Below are positions 45,117 through 58,191 of a DNA stretch of 64,000 nt, in pieces (the stretch's first letter is position 1; the number at the start of each line of letters is the position of its first letter). The stretch lies in assembly GCA_965223415.1 (NCBI GenBank), contig OZ245002.1, forward strand, positions 3,264,001 through 3,328,000. The letters run 5' to 3'. The notes under the pieces were generated by a model that did not search any database, was not told where the DNA came from, and worked only from the letters and a program-made list of their open reading frames with translations. Made by a program: the position numbers and the translations under genes. This DNA is from Myxococcota bacterium. GTDB taxonomy: Bacteria; Myxococcota_A; UBA9160; UBA6930.

Positions 45117-47057
45117 CTAACGACTCCGCCGTTCCAGCGCGGTCTGGGCCGCGTCGCGCACCTGGGTGTCCCGCAGCCGGGCGGCCTGGGAGAGCACGCC
45201 CACCGCCTCCTCACCGGGCAGCTGGGCCAGGGCGCGGGTGGCGGCGAGCTTGAGCTCACGCAGGCGCCGCCGGCCCAGGAGGTCCCGACGCAGCACGAGG
45301 GTGCCCAGCTCTCCTGCGGCCTCGGGCCTTCCCAGCTCGCCCAGGGCGCCGATCAAGTCGCGGGCGATCTCCGGGTCCCGGGCCTCCACCGCGGCGTGGA
45401 GGGCGCTGGCGAGGGGGCCCACGGCCCGCGGGCTGCCGGTGCTGGCCAGGCAGGCCATCGCCAGGGGCGGCAGCTGGGGATCGTCGGCGGACAGCGCGCG
45501 GGCCAGGGCGCGCAAGGCCTGGGCGTCGTCCCGGCCGTCGGGCCGGGCCAGCCGCGCGAGGGCGCCGCCGGCGGCTTCCCGGACGAAGGCGTCGGCGCTG
45601 CGCAGCTGGTCGGCGATGCGGGCCACCGCCTCCGGCGACCCCATCCGCTCCGCCAGCTCGATGGCGCGCTCGGCGGTCTCCCGCTCCGGCGAGCCGATGG
45701 CTTCCAGGATCGGCGGCCCGGCGGCCGGGCCGAGGCCGAGCAGCCGCGCGGACAGCCGCTCCGCCCGCTCCGGCGACGTCTCGGTGAGCGCGCAGACCGC
45801 CAGGGCGCGCGCGCCCTCGCCGCCGAGCTGGGGCAGCACCGCCGCCGCCTGCTCCGCGTCTGGACCGCCTTCCGCCATCTGGTCGATCACCGCGTCGAGG
45901 CGCTCGCCGGTCGTCAGGCGCTCCAGGGCCACGCGCGCGATGTCCCGATCGGCCTCGCTGCGCTTGGCATCGCACTCGGCGGCCAGGGCGGCCAGGATGC
46001 GCAGGGTCGGGGCCCGCCCGAGGCCGTGGGTATCGCTCGCCACCAGGCGGAAGAGACCGTCGATCAGCTGGGAGTAGGCGGGCCCGCCCGGCGAGCTCTC
46101 GATCTCGCGCAGCAGGGTCGCCGCCGCGTCGCTGGGTGGTAGGCCGTCGGCGCCCGACGCGGTGGTCTCTCCGCTGCTCTCGGCCAGGGGCAGCACGACC
46201 GGCTGGGTGTCTTCCTCCGCCGTCTCGCCCGGCGGCGGGTCCGGGAGCGTCTGCTCGGTGTCGCTTCCGGCGTGCATCGGCTCGTCGATCGGGTCCGTCG
46301 GGTCGCCGGTGTCCACGCTCCGGGTGACGACGCTCTGGAGGGTCGGCTCGTCGTCTTCGGCGGGCGGCGCCGGACTCCGGGCCGGCTGCGGCTCGGTCTC
46401 GTCGGGCGGATCCGCGACGGGCAGGGGAGGGGACGTCTCGGCCGACGCCGCGACGGGCTGGGGGCCGGACGGCGTCTCGGCAGGCGCCGCGACGTGCGCT
46501 TCCCGGGGCGCAGCGACGGGCAGGGGCACCGGGGTCGGCGCCTCCTCGATCTCCGGTGCGGGGGCCACCCGCGCCGGTGCGGCCGGTCGAGGCATGGGCG
46601 TCTTCGGGACCGGCAGCCCCGGCGCGTCGTCGGGCATCTCGATGCGCACCCCGTCCGGCACGCGTCGCGCGAGGGCCGGGCCCACGCCGCCCTCATCCGC
46701 GACGGTCTCGTCCGGCAACGCCAGCACCTCGACCAGGCCCGCCAGGGCCTCCGCATCCGCGCCGGGCTCGACCCGCAGGCGCCAGACGCCCCGGGCCTGC
46801 CACTCCGAGAGCGGAGCGGCCAGCCGCCCGTCGATGGGAACGCTGCGTCCGCCCTGCTCGAGGCGATCCGGCTCGATGGCCAGCTCGATCGCACCGTGTC
46901 GCTGCAGGTCCGCGGTCCAGGCCCGCCGTGTGTGCTCGAAGACCGGGCCCAGGCGCGGATCGCCGGGCGAGAAGTAGGTGCGTGCCTTCACGACGCGGGC
47001 CAGCTCGAGCAGGAGCGAGACCAGCTCCGGAGTGCTGCGGGGTTCGGTGGCGGCCAT
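45117..47057 (-). CDS. HEAT-repeat protein with Pro/acidic low-complexity linker
   Basis: C-terminal repeats such as VREAAGGALARL, ALGELG, VRDAAQTAL. Confidence 0.7.
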   Translation of the reverse strand: MAATEPRSTPELVSLLLELARVVKARTYFSPGDPRLGPVFEHTRRAWTADLQRHGAIELAIEPDRLEQGGRSVPIDGRLAAPLSEWQARGVWRLRVEPGADAEALAGLVEVLALPDETVADEGGVGPALARRVPDGVRIEMPDDAPGLPVPKTPMPRPAAPARVAPAPEIEEAPTPVPLPVAAPREAHVAAPAETPSGPQPVAASAETSPPLPVADPPDETEPQPARSPAPPAEDDEPTLQSVVTRSVDTGDPTDPIDEPMHAGSDTEQTLPDPPPGETAEEDTQPVVLPLAESSGETTASGADGLPPSDAAATLLREIESSPGGPAYSQLIDGLFRLVASDTHGLGRAPTLRILAALAAECDAKRSEADRDIARVALERLTTGERLDAVIDQMAEGGPDAEQAAAVLPQLGGEGARALAVCALTETSPERAERLSARLLGLGPAAGPPILEAIGSPERETAERAIELAERMGSPEAVARIADQLRSADAFVREAAGGALARLARPDGRDDAQALRALARALSADDPQLPPLAMACLASTGSPRAVGPLASALHAAVEARDPEIARDLIGALGELGRPEAAGELGTLVLRRDLLGRRRLRELKLAATRALAQLPGEEAVGVLSQAARLRDTQVRDAAQTALERRSR

Positions 47058-47175
47058 GGACGGCGGGAGGATAGGCGGTCGGCACCTCCCGGCATCCGGT
47101 GGTATCCTCGACCGGTCGCCCGGCTCCCCCCACCGAGGCGAGCCCCACCCTCCTCCGGTCCCCGGCCCCTCATCC

Positions 47176-47718
47176 ATGGGAACCGATCAACACGGCGCCG
47201 CTGGGCCCCGAGGTCCGGTGCGGTGGGTCGCTCTGGCTTCGTCCACAGGTTTCGGCGTGGGGTTTCTCCCCTGGGCGCCCGGAACCTGGGGATCGGCCCT
47301 TGCGGTGCTGATTTTCGTGTTATTTTCGCCCTTGCCCGGGTGGCTGCTCCTGGCCAGCGGGCTGGCGCTCTTCGCGCTGGGGGTGTGGTCGGCGGACGTG
47401 AGCGAGGCGGTCTTCGAGCGGGCCGACGACGGCCGGATCGTCGTCGACGAGGTGGTGGGCCAGCTGCTGGCCCTCGCGCCGGTCCGCCTGGCCTTCGGCC
47501 CCGAGCGGGCGGGCCAGGAAATCTTCTGGCTCGTGACCGGATTCGTCGCGTTCCGGCTGTTGGATATCCGAAAGCCCGGGCCCGTCGGATGGGTCGAGCG
47601 GCGCACCAGCGGAGGTTTCGGCGTGATGGCGGATGACGTGGTGGCCGGCGTCCTCGCGGCCGTGATCGTCTATCTCGGCCTCGAGCTCGGTCCCGCGACC
47701 CTCGGAGGTGCCGGGTGA
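47176..47718 (+). CDS. pgpA: Phosphatidylglycerophosphatase A
   Basis: APGTWGS, IVVDEVVG, FRLLDIRKP, GVMADDVVAG. Confidence 0.93.
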   Translation: MGTDQHGAAGPRGPVRWVALASSTGFGVGFLPWAPGTWGSALAVLIFVLFSPLPGWLLLASGLALFALGVWSADVSEAVFERADDGRIVVDEVVGQLLALAPVRLAFGPERAGQEIFWLVTGFVAFRLLDIRKPGPVGWVERRTSGGFGVMADDVVAGVLAAVIVYLGLELGPATLGGAG

Positions 47719-49013
47719 TCGCCGAGGTGCTGACCATCGGAGACGAGCTCCTGCGCGGCGAGATCGTCGACTCGAACAAGTCGTTCCTGTCGGAGCGGCT
47801 GCTGCGCATCGACGTCCACACCCGTTTCCACGCCTCGGTCCGCGACGACCCGGCCGACATGACCGACGCCTTCCTGCGCGCGGCCGGACGCGCCGGCGTG
47901 GTGCTCGTGTCCGGCGGCCTCGGGCCGACCCGCGACGACCTCACGATCGAGGTGCTGGCCAAGACCTTCGGGCGCACGATGCAGCTCCACGAGCCCACGC
48001 TCCGCACCCTCGAGGCCTTCTTCGAGCGCTTCGGCCGCAAGATGGCCGAGAGCAACGCCAAGCAGGCCTGGTTCCCGGAAGGGTCGGACGTGCTGCCCAA
48101 CCCGATCGGCACCGCCCCCGGCTGTCTGCTCGAGGCCGAGGACACGCTCTTCTTCTGCATGCCCGGCGTGCCCCGTGAGCTCTACCAGATGATGGACGAG
48201 CAGGTGGTGCCGCGGATCGCGGCGCGCATCCCGGGCGGGGGCGGCGTGGTGCGCGCCACCCTGCTGCGCACCTTCGGCATCGGCGAGTCGAACCTGGACG
48301 ACGAGCTCGCGGACCTGGCCCGGGACGAGCACGTCAGCCTGGGCTTCCGCACCACCTTCCCGGACAACTTCCTGCGCCCGGTCGCCCGGGGGGCCAGCGA
48401 GGCCGAGGCGGAGGAGCGGCTCGCCAAGCTGTGCACCGCGATCCGCGAGCGCCTGGGCTCGCTGGTCTACGGCGAGGGCGACGAGCAGAGCCTCGAGGCG
48501 GTCGTCGTGCACGGTCTCGTGGAGCGGGGCCTGCGCGTGGCCACCGCCGAGAGCTGCACCGGCGGGCTCGTCGGCGCGAAGCTCACGGCGGTGCCCGGCT
48601 CCTCTGCCGCCTACCAGGGCAGCGTGGTCGCCTACGCCAACGAGGCGAAGGTCGCGCACCTGGGTGTCCCGGAGGCGCTGCTCGAGGCCCACGGCGCGGT
48701 CTCCGAGCCGGTGGCCGTGTCCATGGCCCAGGGCGCCCGGGAGCGCTTCGGGGCGGACGTGGCGATCTCCACCACCGGCATCTCGGGGCCCGACGGCGGG
48801 ACGGAGGAGAAGCCGGTGGGCCTCGTCTGGATCGGCTTCGCCACGGCGGCCGAAGCCGAGGCCCGGGATTTCGTCTTCCCGTTCGACCGCGAGCGCCACC
48901 GGCAGATCACGACCCAGGTGGCCCTCGACTGGATCCGCCGCCACCTGCTCGGCGAGGAGCGGGTGGCGCCGCGCTATCTGCAACGGGCGACATCGCGGGG
49001 AGGGATCGCATGA
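47715..49013 (+). CDS. cinA: CinA (MoCF domain + NMN deamidase PncC)
   Basis: IGDELLRG, GGLGPTRDD, PGVPRE, TAESCTGG, TTGISGPDGG. Confidence 0.95.
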   Translation: MIAEVLTIGDELLRGEIVDSNKSFLSERLLRIDVHTRFHASVRDDPADMTDAFLRAAGRAGVVLVSGGLGPTRDDLTIEVLAKTFGRTMQLHEPTLRTLEAFFERFGRKMAESNAKQAWFPEGSDVLPNPIGTAPGCLLEAEDTLFFCMPGVPRELYQMMDEQVVPRIAARIPGGGGVVRATLLRTFGIGESNLDDELADLARDEHVSLGFRTTFPDNFLRPVARGASEAEAEERLAKLCTAIRERLGSLVYGEGDEQSLEAVVVHGLVERGLRVATAESCTGGLVGAKLTAVPGSSAAYQGSVVAYANEAKVAHLGVPEALLEAHGAVSEPVAVSMAQGARERFGADVAISTTGISGPDGGTEEKPVGLVWIGFATAAEAEARDFVFPFDRERHRQITTQVALDWIRRHLLGEERVAPRYLQRATSRGGIA

Positions 49014-49038
49014 GCGGTCGCCGCCCGGGAGGGATCGT

Positions 49039-49656
49039 ATGAGCTTCGGCCGCAAGCAGGGATCGCTGGTGAGGAGCTTCGTCGCCGTCTCGCTTCCGGA
49101 GCCGGCGCGGGTGGCCTGCGCGGCGCTGGCCTGCGAGCTGGCGGGCGCGAGCGGCGGGGAGGGCGTCCGCTGGGTGCGCAGCGAGGGCTACCACGTGACC
49201 CTGCGCTTCCTGGGCAACGTCGCCTGCGAGGAGCTGCCGGAGCTGGGCGAGCGGCTGGCGGACGCGGTGGCGGGCGTCGCGCCCTTCGAGCTCAGCCTGG
49301 GCGCGCCGTACCTGTTTCCGAAGGGACGGCGGGCCAAGGTCGTTGCCCTGGGGCTCGCGCCGGAGGAGCCGCTTCAGGAGCTTCAGGCGCGCGTGGAGCA
49401 GGCGGTGGTGGCCCACGGCTTCGAGCCCGAGACGCGGGCCTTCCATCCGCACCTCACCCTCGGCCGCATCCGCAACCGCCGGGTGCCCTCCCTGGACCGG
49501 GTGCCCGCCCCGGCCGCACCGGCCCTTCCCGTTTCCGAGGTCGCGCTCTACCGCAGCGATCTCGCCCGTGACGGCGCCCGCTACACGGCGCTCGCGCGGT
49601 GTCCGCTCGCCGCGGAGCCCGCGCACTCGTTTTCTCACCCTGAGATTCATCGATAG
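49039..49656 (+). CDS. thpR: RNA 2',3'-cyclic phosphodiesterase (2H family)
   Basis: Two HxT motifs (HVTL, HLTLGR); cinA-thpR-recA synteny. Confidence 0.9.
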   Translation: MSFGRKQGSLVRSFVAVSLPEPARVACAALACELAGASGGEGVRWVRSEGYHVTLRFLGNVACEELPELGERLADAVAGVAPFELSLGAPYLFPKGRRAKVVALGLAPEEPLQELQARVEQAVVAHGFEPETRAFHPHLTLGRIRNRRVPSLDRVPAPAAPALPVSEVALYRSDLARDGARYTALARCPLAAEPAHSFSHPEIHR

Positions 49657-49667
49657 GAGAGGTGGAC

Positions 49668-50777
<1,110 letters not shown>

Positions 50778-50810
50778 GCCGCTTCGCTCCTCTTGCGGAC
50801 ACCCAGGCTG

Positions 50811-50985
50811 CGCCGGTCCCGGGCGCCGGCCGGGCGGAATGGCTCGGCCGGGGATCCGGGGCCGCGTACCGGCTCGCATGGAGGGGTCGCCGCTTCTGGC
50901 CTTCGGCCGGCGGCAACCTGAGCGCACGACGGTCGTCGTGCCTGCCTGCGCTTGATTTCCGCCCGGCCGGCGCCCGGAACCGGCG
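50811..50985. repeat. About 175-bp MITE-like repeat, copy 1
   Basis: 29-bp terminal inverted repeats (1 mismatch); highly similar to 52497-52670. Confidence 0.85.
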
Positions 50986-51261
50986 CGGCGATGGGTTGGT
51001 GTGCTCGTGCCGCGGTGCGAGGAGGGTCGACTCGGGTCTGCTCGGAAGGAGGAGTGGGGGCAACGCGGGGCGTTCGCGTTGCCCCCGACCATTCCCTCAT
51101 GCGAACCGGCGCGCCCCGGAGCAACGGGGCCTCCCAACTGGTTGATATTCCAGCTCTTTTCCGGGCGTCCGTCTCGCACACCCAGCCTGCTCAAGGAGAG
51201 GCCCAGGGCGGTCGAAACACAGGCGAAGCCCCGGCGAACCCGGGAGAGGATTTCTGCGCGA

Positions 51262-52458
51262 ATGCCCATCCAGCTCGACGACATCCTGAAGGTGGCCCTG
51301 AAAGGCGGCGCGTCCGACATCCACTTGAAGTCCGGTCTCCCGCCGATGTTCCGGGTCGACGGCGCTCTCGTTCCGCTGAAGAACGGCGAGCGGATCCTGC
51401 CCGACGAGATGCAGAAGCTGGCGCTCAGCATCATGAACCCGGTGCAAAAGGCGCGCTTCGAGGAATACCGCGAGGCGGATCTGGCCTACGGCATTCCGGG
51501 GCTCGGCCGCTTCCGCGTCAACGTCTTCCAGCAGCGCGGAACCGTTGGCATCGTCTTCCGGGTCATTCCCTTCGGCGTGAAGACGATCGAGCAGCTGCTT
51601 CTGCCGCGGGTGATCGAGAAGATCGCGATGGAGCATCGCGGGCTCGTGCTCGTGACCGGGACGACGGGCTCCGGCAAGTCGACCAGCCTCGCGGCCATGA
51701 TCGACTACATCAACTCGAACCGGACCTCGCACATCATCACCATCGAGGACCCGATCGAGTTCCTGATCCGCGATCGCCGCTCGATCGTGAACCAGCGCGA
51801 GATCGGCGTCGACACCCAGAGCTTCGCCAACGCCCTGCGCGCGGCCCTGCGCCAGGACCCGGACGTCATCCTGGTCGGCGAGATGCGCGATTTCGAGACC
51901 ATCGAGACCGCCATCACCGCCGCCGAGACCGGCCACCTGGTGATGAGCACGCTCCACACCCTCGACGCCACGGAGACGATCAACCGCATCATTTCCGTCT
52001 TCCCGCCCTACCAGCAGAAGCAGGTGCGGCTGCAGCTGGCGTCGATCCTGAAGGCGGTCATCTCCCAGCGCCTGGTGCCCCGTGCCGACGGCAAGGGCCG
52101 GGTGCCCGCCCTCGAGGTGATGGTCTCCACCGCCCGCGTGCGCGAGTGCATCGGCGACAAGGATCGCACCAAGGAGCTCCACGACGCCATCTCGAAGGGC
52201 TTCACGACCTACGGCATGCAGACCTTCGACCAGTCGCTGATGCACCTGGTGAAGCAGGAGCTCGTCACCTACGACGAGGCGCTCAAGCACGTCTCGAACC
52301 CCGACGACTTCGCCCTGCGCTTCCGCGGCATCGCCTCCACCTCCGACGGCACCTGGGACGACTTCGAGTCCGACGAAGAGGGGGAGGAGGCCAAGGCCGA
52401 AGAGGAGGCGCCGGCTTCCGAGTCCTCCTCCGAAGACGACTTCATCGAGAGGTTCTAG
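51262..52458 (+). CDS. pilT: PilT/PilU-family type IV pilus ATPase
   Basis: [62 protein letters not shown]. Confidence 0.9.
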   Translation: MPIQLDDILKVALKGGASDIHLKSGLPPMFRVDGALVPLKNGERILPDEMQKLALSIMNPVQKARFEEYREADLAYGIPGLGRFRVNVFQQRGTVGIVFRVIPFGVKTIEQLLLPRVIEKIAMEHRGLVLVTGTTGSGKSTSLAAMIDYINSNRTSHIITIEDPIEFLIRDRRSIVNQREIGVDTQSFANALRAALRQDPDVILVGEMRDFETIETAITAAETGHLVMSTLHTLDATETINRIISVFPPYQQKQVRLQLASILKAVISQRLVPRADGKGRVPALEVMVSTARVRECIGDKDRTKELHDAISKGFTTYGMQTFDQSLMHLVKQELVTYDEALKHVSNPDDFALRFRGIASTSDGTWDDFESDEEGEEAKAEEEAPASESSSEDDFIERF

Positions 52459-52496
52459 GGGAGGGGGGGGGCGCTCCTCTTCCGCGGGCTGGGAGA

Positions 52497-52670
52497 CGCC
52501 GGTCCCGGGCGCCGGCCGGGCGGAATGGCTCGGCCGGGACACGGGGGCCGCGTAGGGCTCGCATGGAGGGGTCACCGCTTCCGGCCTTCGGCCGGCGGCG
52601 ACCTGAGCGCACGACGATCATGGTGCCTGCCTGCGCTTGATTTCCGCCCGGCCGGCGCCCGGGACCGGCG
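52497..52670. repeat. About 175-bp MITE-like repeat, copy 2
   Basis: Perfect 29-bp TIR CGCCGGTCCCGGGCGCCGGCCGGGCGGAA. Confidence 0.85.
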
Positions 52671-52948
52671 TTCGCGTCTTCATGGACGGACGCCGATCCC
52701 TTCGTGATGGGGCGCTTGGGCGGGCGGGCGTGGCTGAGAGGAGAGGGTGGAGCCGCCTCGGGGTTCGGAGGGGCGCGTTGCACGCGTTGCCTCCACCCCC
52801 TTCTTCTCTTCGTCGCTGGGTGGTGGTCCGAGTCCCCTCCCGATGTAGGGATCGCGGGGCCCACCCGCCGCCCCGCGATCTCGCACCGAGGAGCGAAGCG
52901 GCCCCCCTCCGGTATCTTCCCCGCCTTCCACCCCCAGGAGGTCCGGCC

Positions 52949-55587
52949 GTGGCGTGGTCTGCGCGAGACGTGCGCGAGACGTTTCTCTCGTTCTTCGAGG
53001 AGCGGGGGCATGCCCGTGTCCCCAGTGCGTCGCTGGTGCCGGAGAACGATGCCACGCTGCTCTTCGTCAACGCGGGGATGGTGCAGTTCAAGCGGACCCT
53101 CACCGGCGAGGAGACGCGGCCGTACTCCCGGGCGGTGACGACCCAGAAGTGCATGCGGGTCTCGGGCAAGCACAACGATCTCGAGGAGGTCGGGCGGAGC
53201 CCGCGGCACCACACCTTCTTCGAGATGCTCGGGAACTTCTCCTTCGGCGACTACTTCAAGCAGGACGCGATCCGCTACGCCTGGGAGCTGGTCACCGAGC
53301 ACTACCGGATCGACCCGGCAGACCTGGTCGTCTCGGTGTTCCGCGAGGACGACGAGGCGGCGGATATCTGGGAGCGGGAGATCGGCCTACCGCCCGGCAG
53401 GATCTACCGGCTCGACGAGGCCGAGAACTTCTGGAGCATGGGAGACACGGGGCCCTGCGGGCCGTGCACGGAGATCCACCTGGACCGGGGGCCGGTCGCG
53501 GGCTGGGACGACGACGATCCCTCCAGCGAGTCCGGGCGCTTCCTCGAGTTCTGGAACCTGGTGTTCATGCAGTTCAACCGGGAGGCCTCGGGGAAGATGG
53601 AGCCGCTGCCGAAGCCTTCGGTCGATACCGGCGCCGGCCTGGAGCGCGTCACCACCGTCCTGAACGGGATGGAGAGCACCTACCAGACGGACCTCTTCAC
53701 CCGGATCCTGGCGCGGGCCCAGGAGCTCGCCGGCGTGAGCCTCGGCAGCGCCGCCGAGAGCGACGTCTCGCTCAAGGTCGTGGCGGACCACGCGCGGGCG
53801 GTCTCCTTCCTGATCGGCGACGGGGTGCTGCCGTCGAACGAAGGGCGCGGCTACGTGCTGCGGCGGATCCTGCGGCGCGCGTCACGCCACGGCGTCCTGC
53901 TCGGCATCGAAGGCCCCTTCCTCCACGCGGTGGCCGACGCGGTGATCGACGAGATGGGCCCGGTCTTCCCGGAGCTGGTCGAGCGCCGGGCCTACGTGAC
54001 CGATCGGGTGAAGCGGGAGGAGGAGCGCTTCCTCGAGACCCTGAGCAAGGGCCTCTCGCTCCTCGAGGAGGAGATCACCGAGGTGAAGGCCGGCGGCGGG
54101 GACATCCTCCCCGGGCCGGTCGTGTTCCGTCTCTACGACACCTTCGGCTTCCCGGTCGACCTGACCCAGGACATCCTGCGCGGCCACGACCTGCGCACCG
54201 ACGACGCGGGCTTCCAGGCGGAGATGGAGGCCCAGCGCTCGCGCTCGCGCCAGGCGTGGAAGGGCAGTGGCGACGCCGGCGTGTACGAGATCTACGGCCG
54301 CATGGCGGCGGATCTCTGCACCAGCTTCGTCGGCTACGAGACCCTCGAGCACGGCGCCCCGGTGACGGCCCTGCTGCGCGGCGGCGAGCCGGTGGAGGAG
54401 GCCGGCACGGGCGACGAGATCGAGCTCGTCGTGGCGGAGACGCCCTTCTACGCCGAGAGCGGCGGCCAGGTCGGTGACATCGGCACCATCGCCACGCCCT
54501 CCGGCCGCATGGAGGTCGAGGACGTGCAGCGGCCCTCCGGCGAGCTGGTGGTACACCGGGGCAAGGTCGCGTCCGGGACGATCCACGTGGGCGAGGCGGC
54601 GGAGCTGGCCGTCGACGCGGAGGCCCGGGCGGCGACGGTGCGCAACCACACGGGAACCCACCTCCTCCACGCGGCCCTGCGCCAGGTGATCGGCCCCCAG
54701 GCGATGCAGAAGGGCTCGCTCGTCGCGCCGGATCGCCTGCGCTTCGACTTCACCCACGACGCGCCGCTCAGCGACGACGAGATCGAGCGCATCGAGGATC
54801 TGGCGAACGCCTGGATCGAGGCGAACGCCTCCGGTGCCGTGCGCACGATGGACTACAAGAGCGCGGTCGAGGCGGGCGCGATCGCGCTGTTCGGCGAGAA
54901 GTACGGCGACGACGTCCGCGTGGTCTCCTTCGGCGACGTCTCCACCGAGCTCTGCGGCGGAACCCACGCCAGGGCGACCGGGGACATCGGCCTGCTCAAG
55001 GTGGTTTCGGAGTCCGGCATCGCCGCCGGCGTGCGGCGCATCGAGGCGCTGACGGGCCTCGGCGCCCTGCATCACCTGCGCGAGCAGGGGCGCACCCTGC
55101 GCCAGCTCGGCGAGCTCCTGAAGGTGCCGGCGGAGCAGGCGCCGGACCGGATCCGCAAGCTCCTCGACGAGCGCAAGGCGGCAGAGAAGGAGATCGCCGA
55201 TCTGAAGCGCGCCCAGCTCTCCGGGGGCGGCGGGGCGGATGGCGGCGGCTGGGAGCAGGCCGGCGAGCTGTGGCGCTACGGCCGCAAGCTCAGCGGCGCC
55301 AGCGGCAAGGAGCTGCGCGGGATGGTCGACGACCTGCGTAACCAGAAGTCGCCGGCGGTGGTGTGCCTCATCTCCGACGCCGGCGAAGGCAAGGTGGCCG
55401 TGGCGATCGGCGTGACGCCGGACCTGCGCGAGCGCCTGCCCGCCGGCGCGCTGATGAAGGACGTGGCGCCGATCGTCGGCGGCAAGGGGGGAGGGCGGCC
55501 CGACTTCGCCCAGGGTGGCGGCAGCGACGCCTCCCGGATCGACGACGCGCTGGCCGCGTTCGAAGCCGCGGTGGCCTCGAGGCTCGG

Positions 55588-55591
<4 letters not shown>
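52949..55591 (+). CDS. alaS: Alanine--tRNA ligase
   Basis: LLFVNAGMVQFK, RHHTFFEMLGNFSFGDYFK, NHTGTHLLH, ELCGGTH, GGKGGGRP; AGGAGG RBS. Confidence 0.98.
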
Positions 55592-57549
<1,958 letters not shown>

Positions 57550-57567
57550 CCGCGAAAGCGGCAGATC

Positions 57568-57630
57568 GGGGACGTTCCTTGCAACTTGCGCTTTCCCGCA
57601 GGGAAAGCGCAAGTTGCAAGGAACGTCCCC
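57568..57630. repeat. Perfect 30-bp palindrome (REP/REPIN-like) between convergent genes
   Basis: Arms 57568-57597 and 57601-57630, loop GCA; starts with GGGGACGTTCCTT. Confidence 0.9.
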
Positions 57631-57648
57631 ACTCTTGCGTTCCGGGGG

Positions 57649-58167
57649 TCAGTTGCGGGGTGGGGCGGCGACGTCCGGGGCGGTGGGGCGGAGGGTGTCG
57701 GCGGCGCTGTCGAGGAGGGCCAGGGTCTGGGTGTCGCGCAGGGCGGGATGGTCGGTGCCCAGGAGGCTGCTGGCGAGCAGCATGGCGAGGGTCACCACCA
57801 GCGCTCCTTCCGCCGCGCCTAGCGCGCCGCCGCCGAGGCGGTCGGCGAAGCCGAGCCCGACGGCCCGCGCTCCCCGGCGAAGGGCGCGACCGATCGCGCG
57901 CACACCCACCCACGCGGCGATGCCGACCAGCAAGCCCGCGAGGGCCCGCGCGACCAGCGGCGCCAGCTCCCAGCCCGTCGCGTCCAGGAGCCAGGCCGCG
58001 AAGGGAACGCTGCCGAAGCGGATCGCCAGGCAGGCGGCGGCCACCGCCGCCAGGGAGAAGGCCATGCGGATCATGCCGAGCCCGAGGCCCCGCAGGATCG
58101 CGACGGCCAGCACCAGCAGCGCGGCTGCGTCCACCGAGCCTAGCTCGCCTATCCAGTCCCCAAGCAT
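57649..58167 (-). CDS. cvpA: CvpA (colicin V production) family membrane protein
   Basis: D...L....LRG...G, GLGFADRLGGGALG motif, about 4 TM segments; start approximate. Confidence 0.8.
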   Translation of the reverse strand: MLGDWIGELGSVDAAALLVLAVAILRGLGLGMIRMAFSLAAVAAACLAIRFGSVPFAAWLLDATGWELAPLVARALAGLLVGIAAWVGVRAIGRALRRGARAVGLGFADRLGGGALGAAEGALVVTLAMLLASSLLGTDHPALRDTQTLALLDSAADTLRPTAPDVAAPPRN

Positions 58168-58191
58168 CGAGGCGAAGTCTACACTGCGGCG

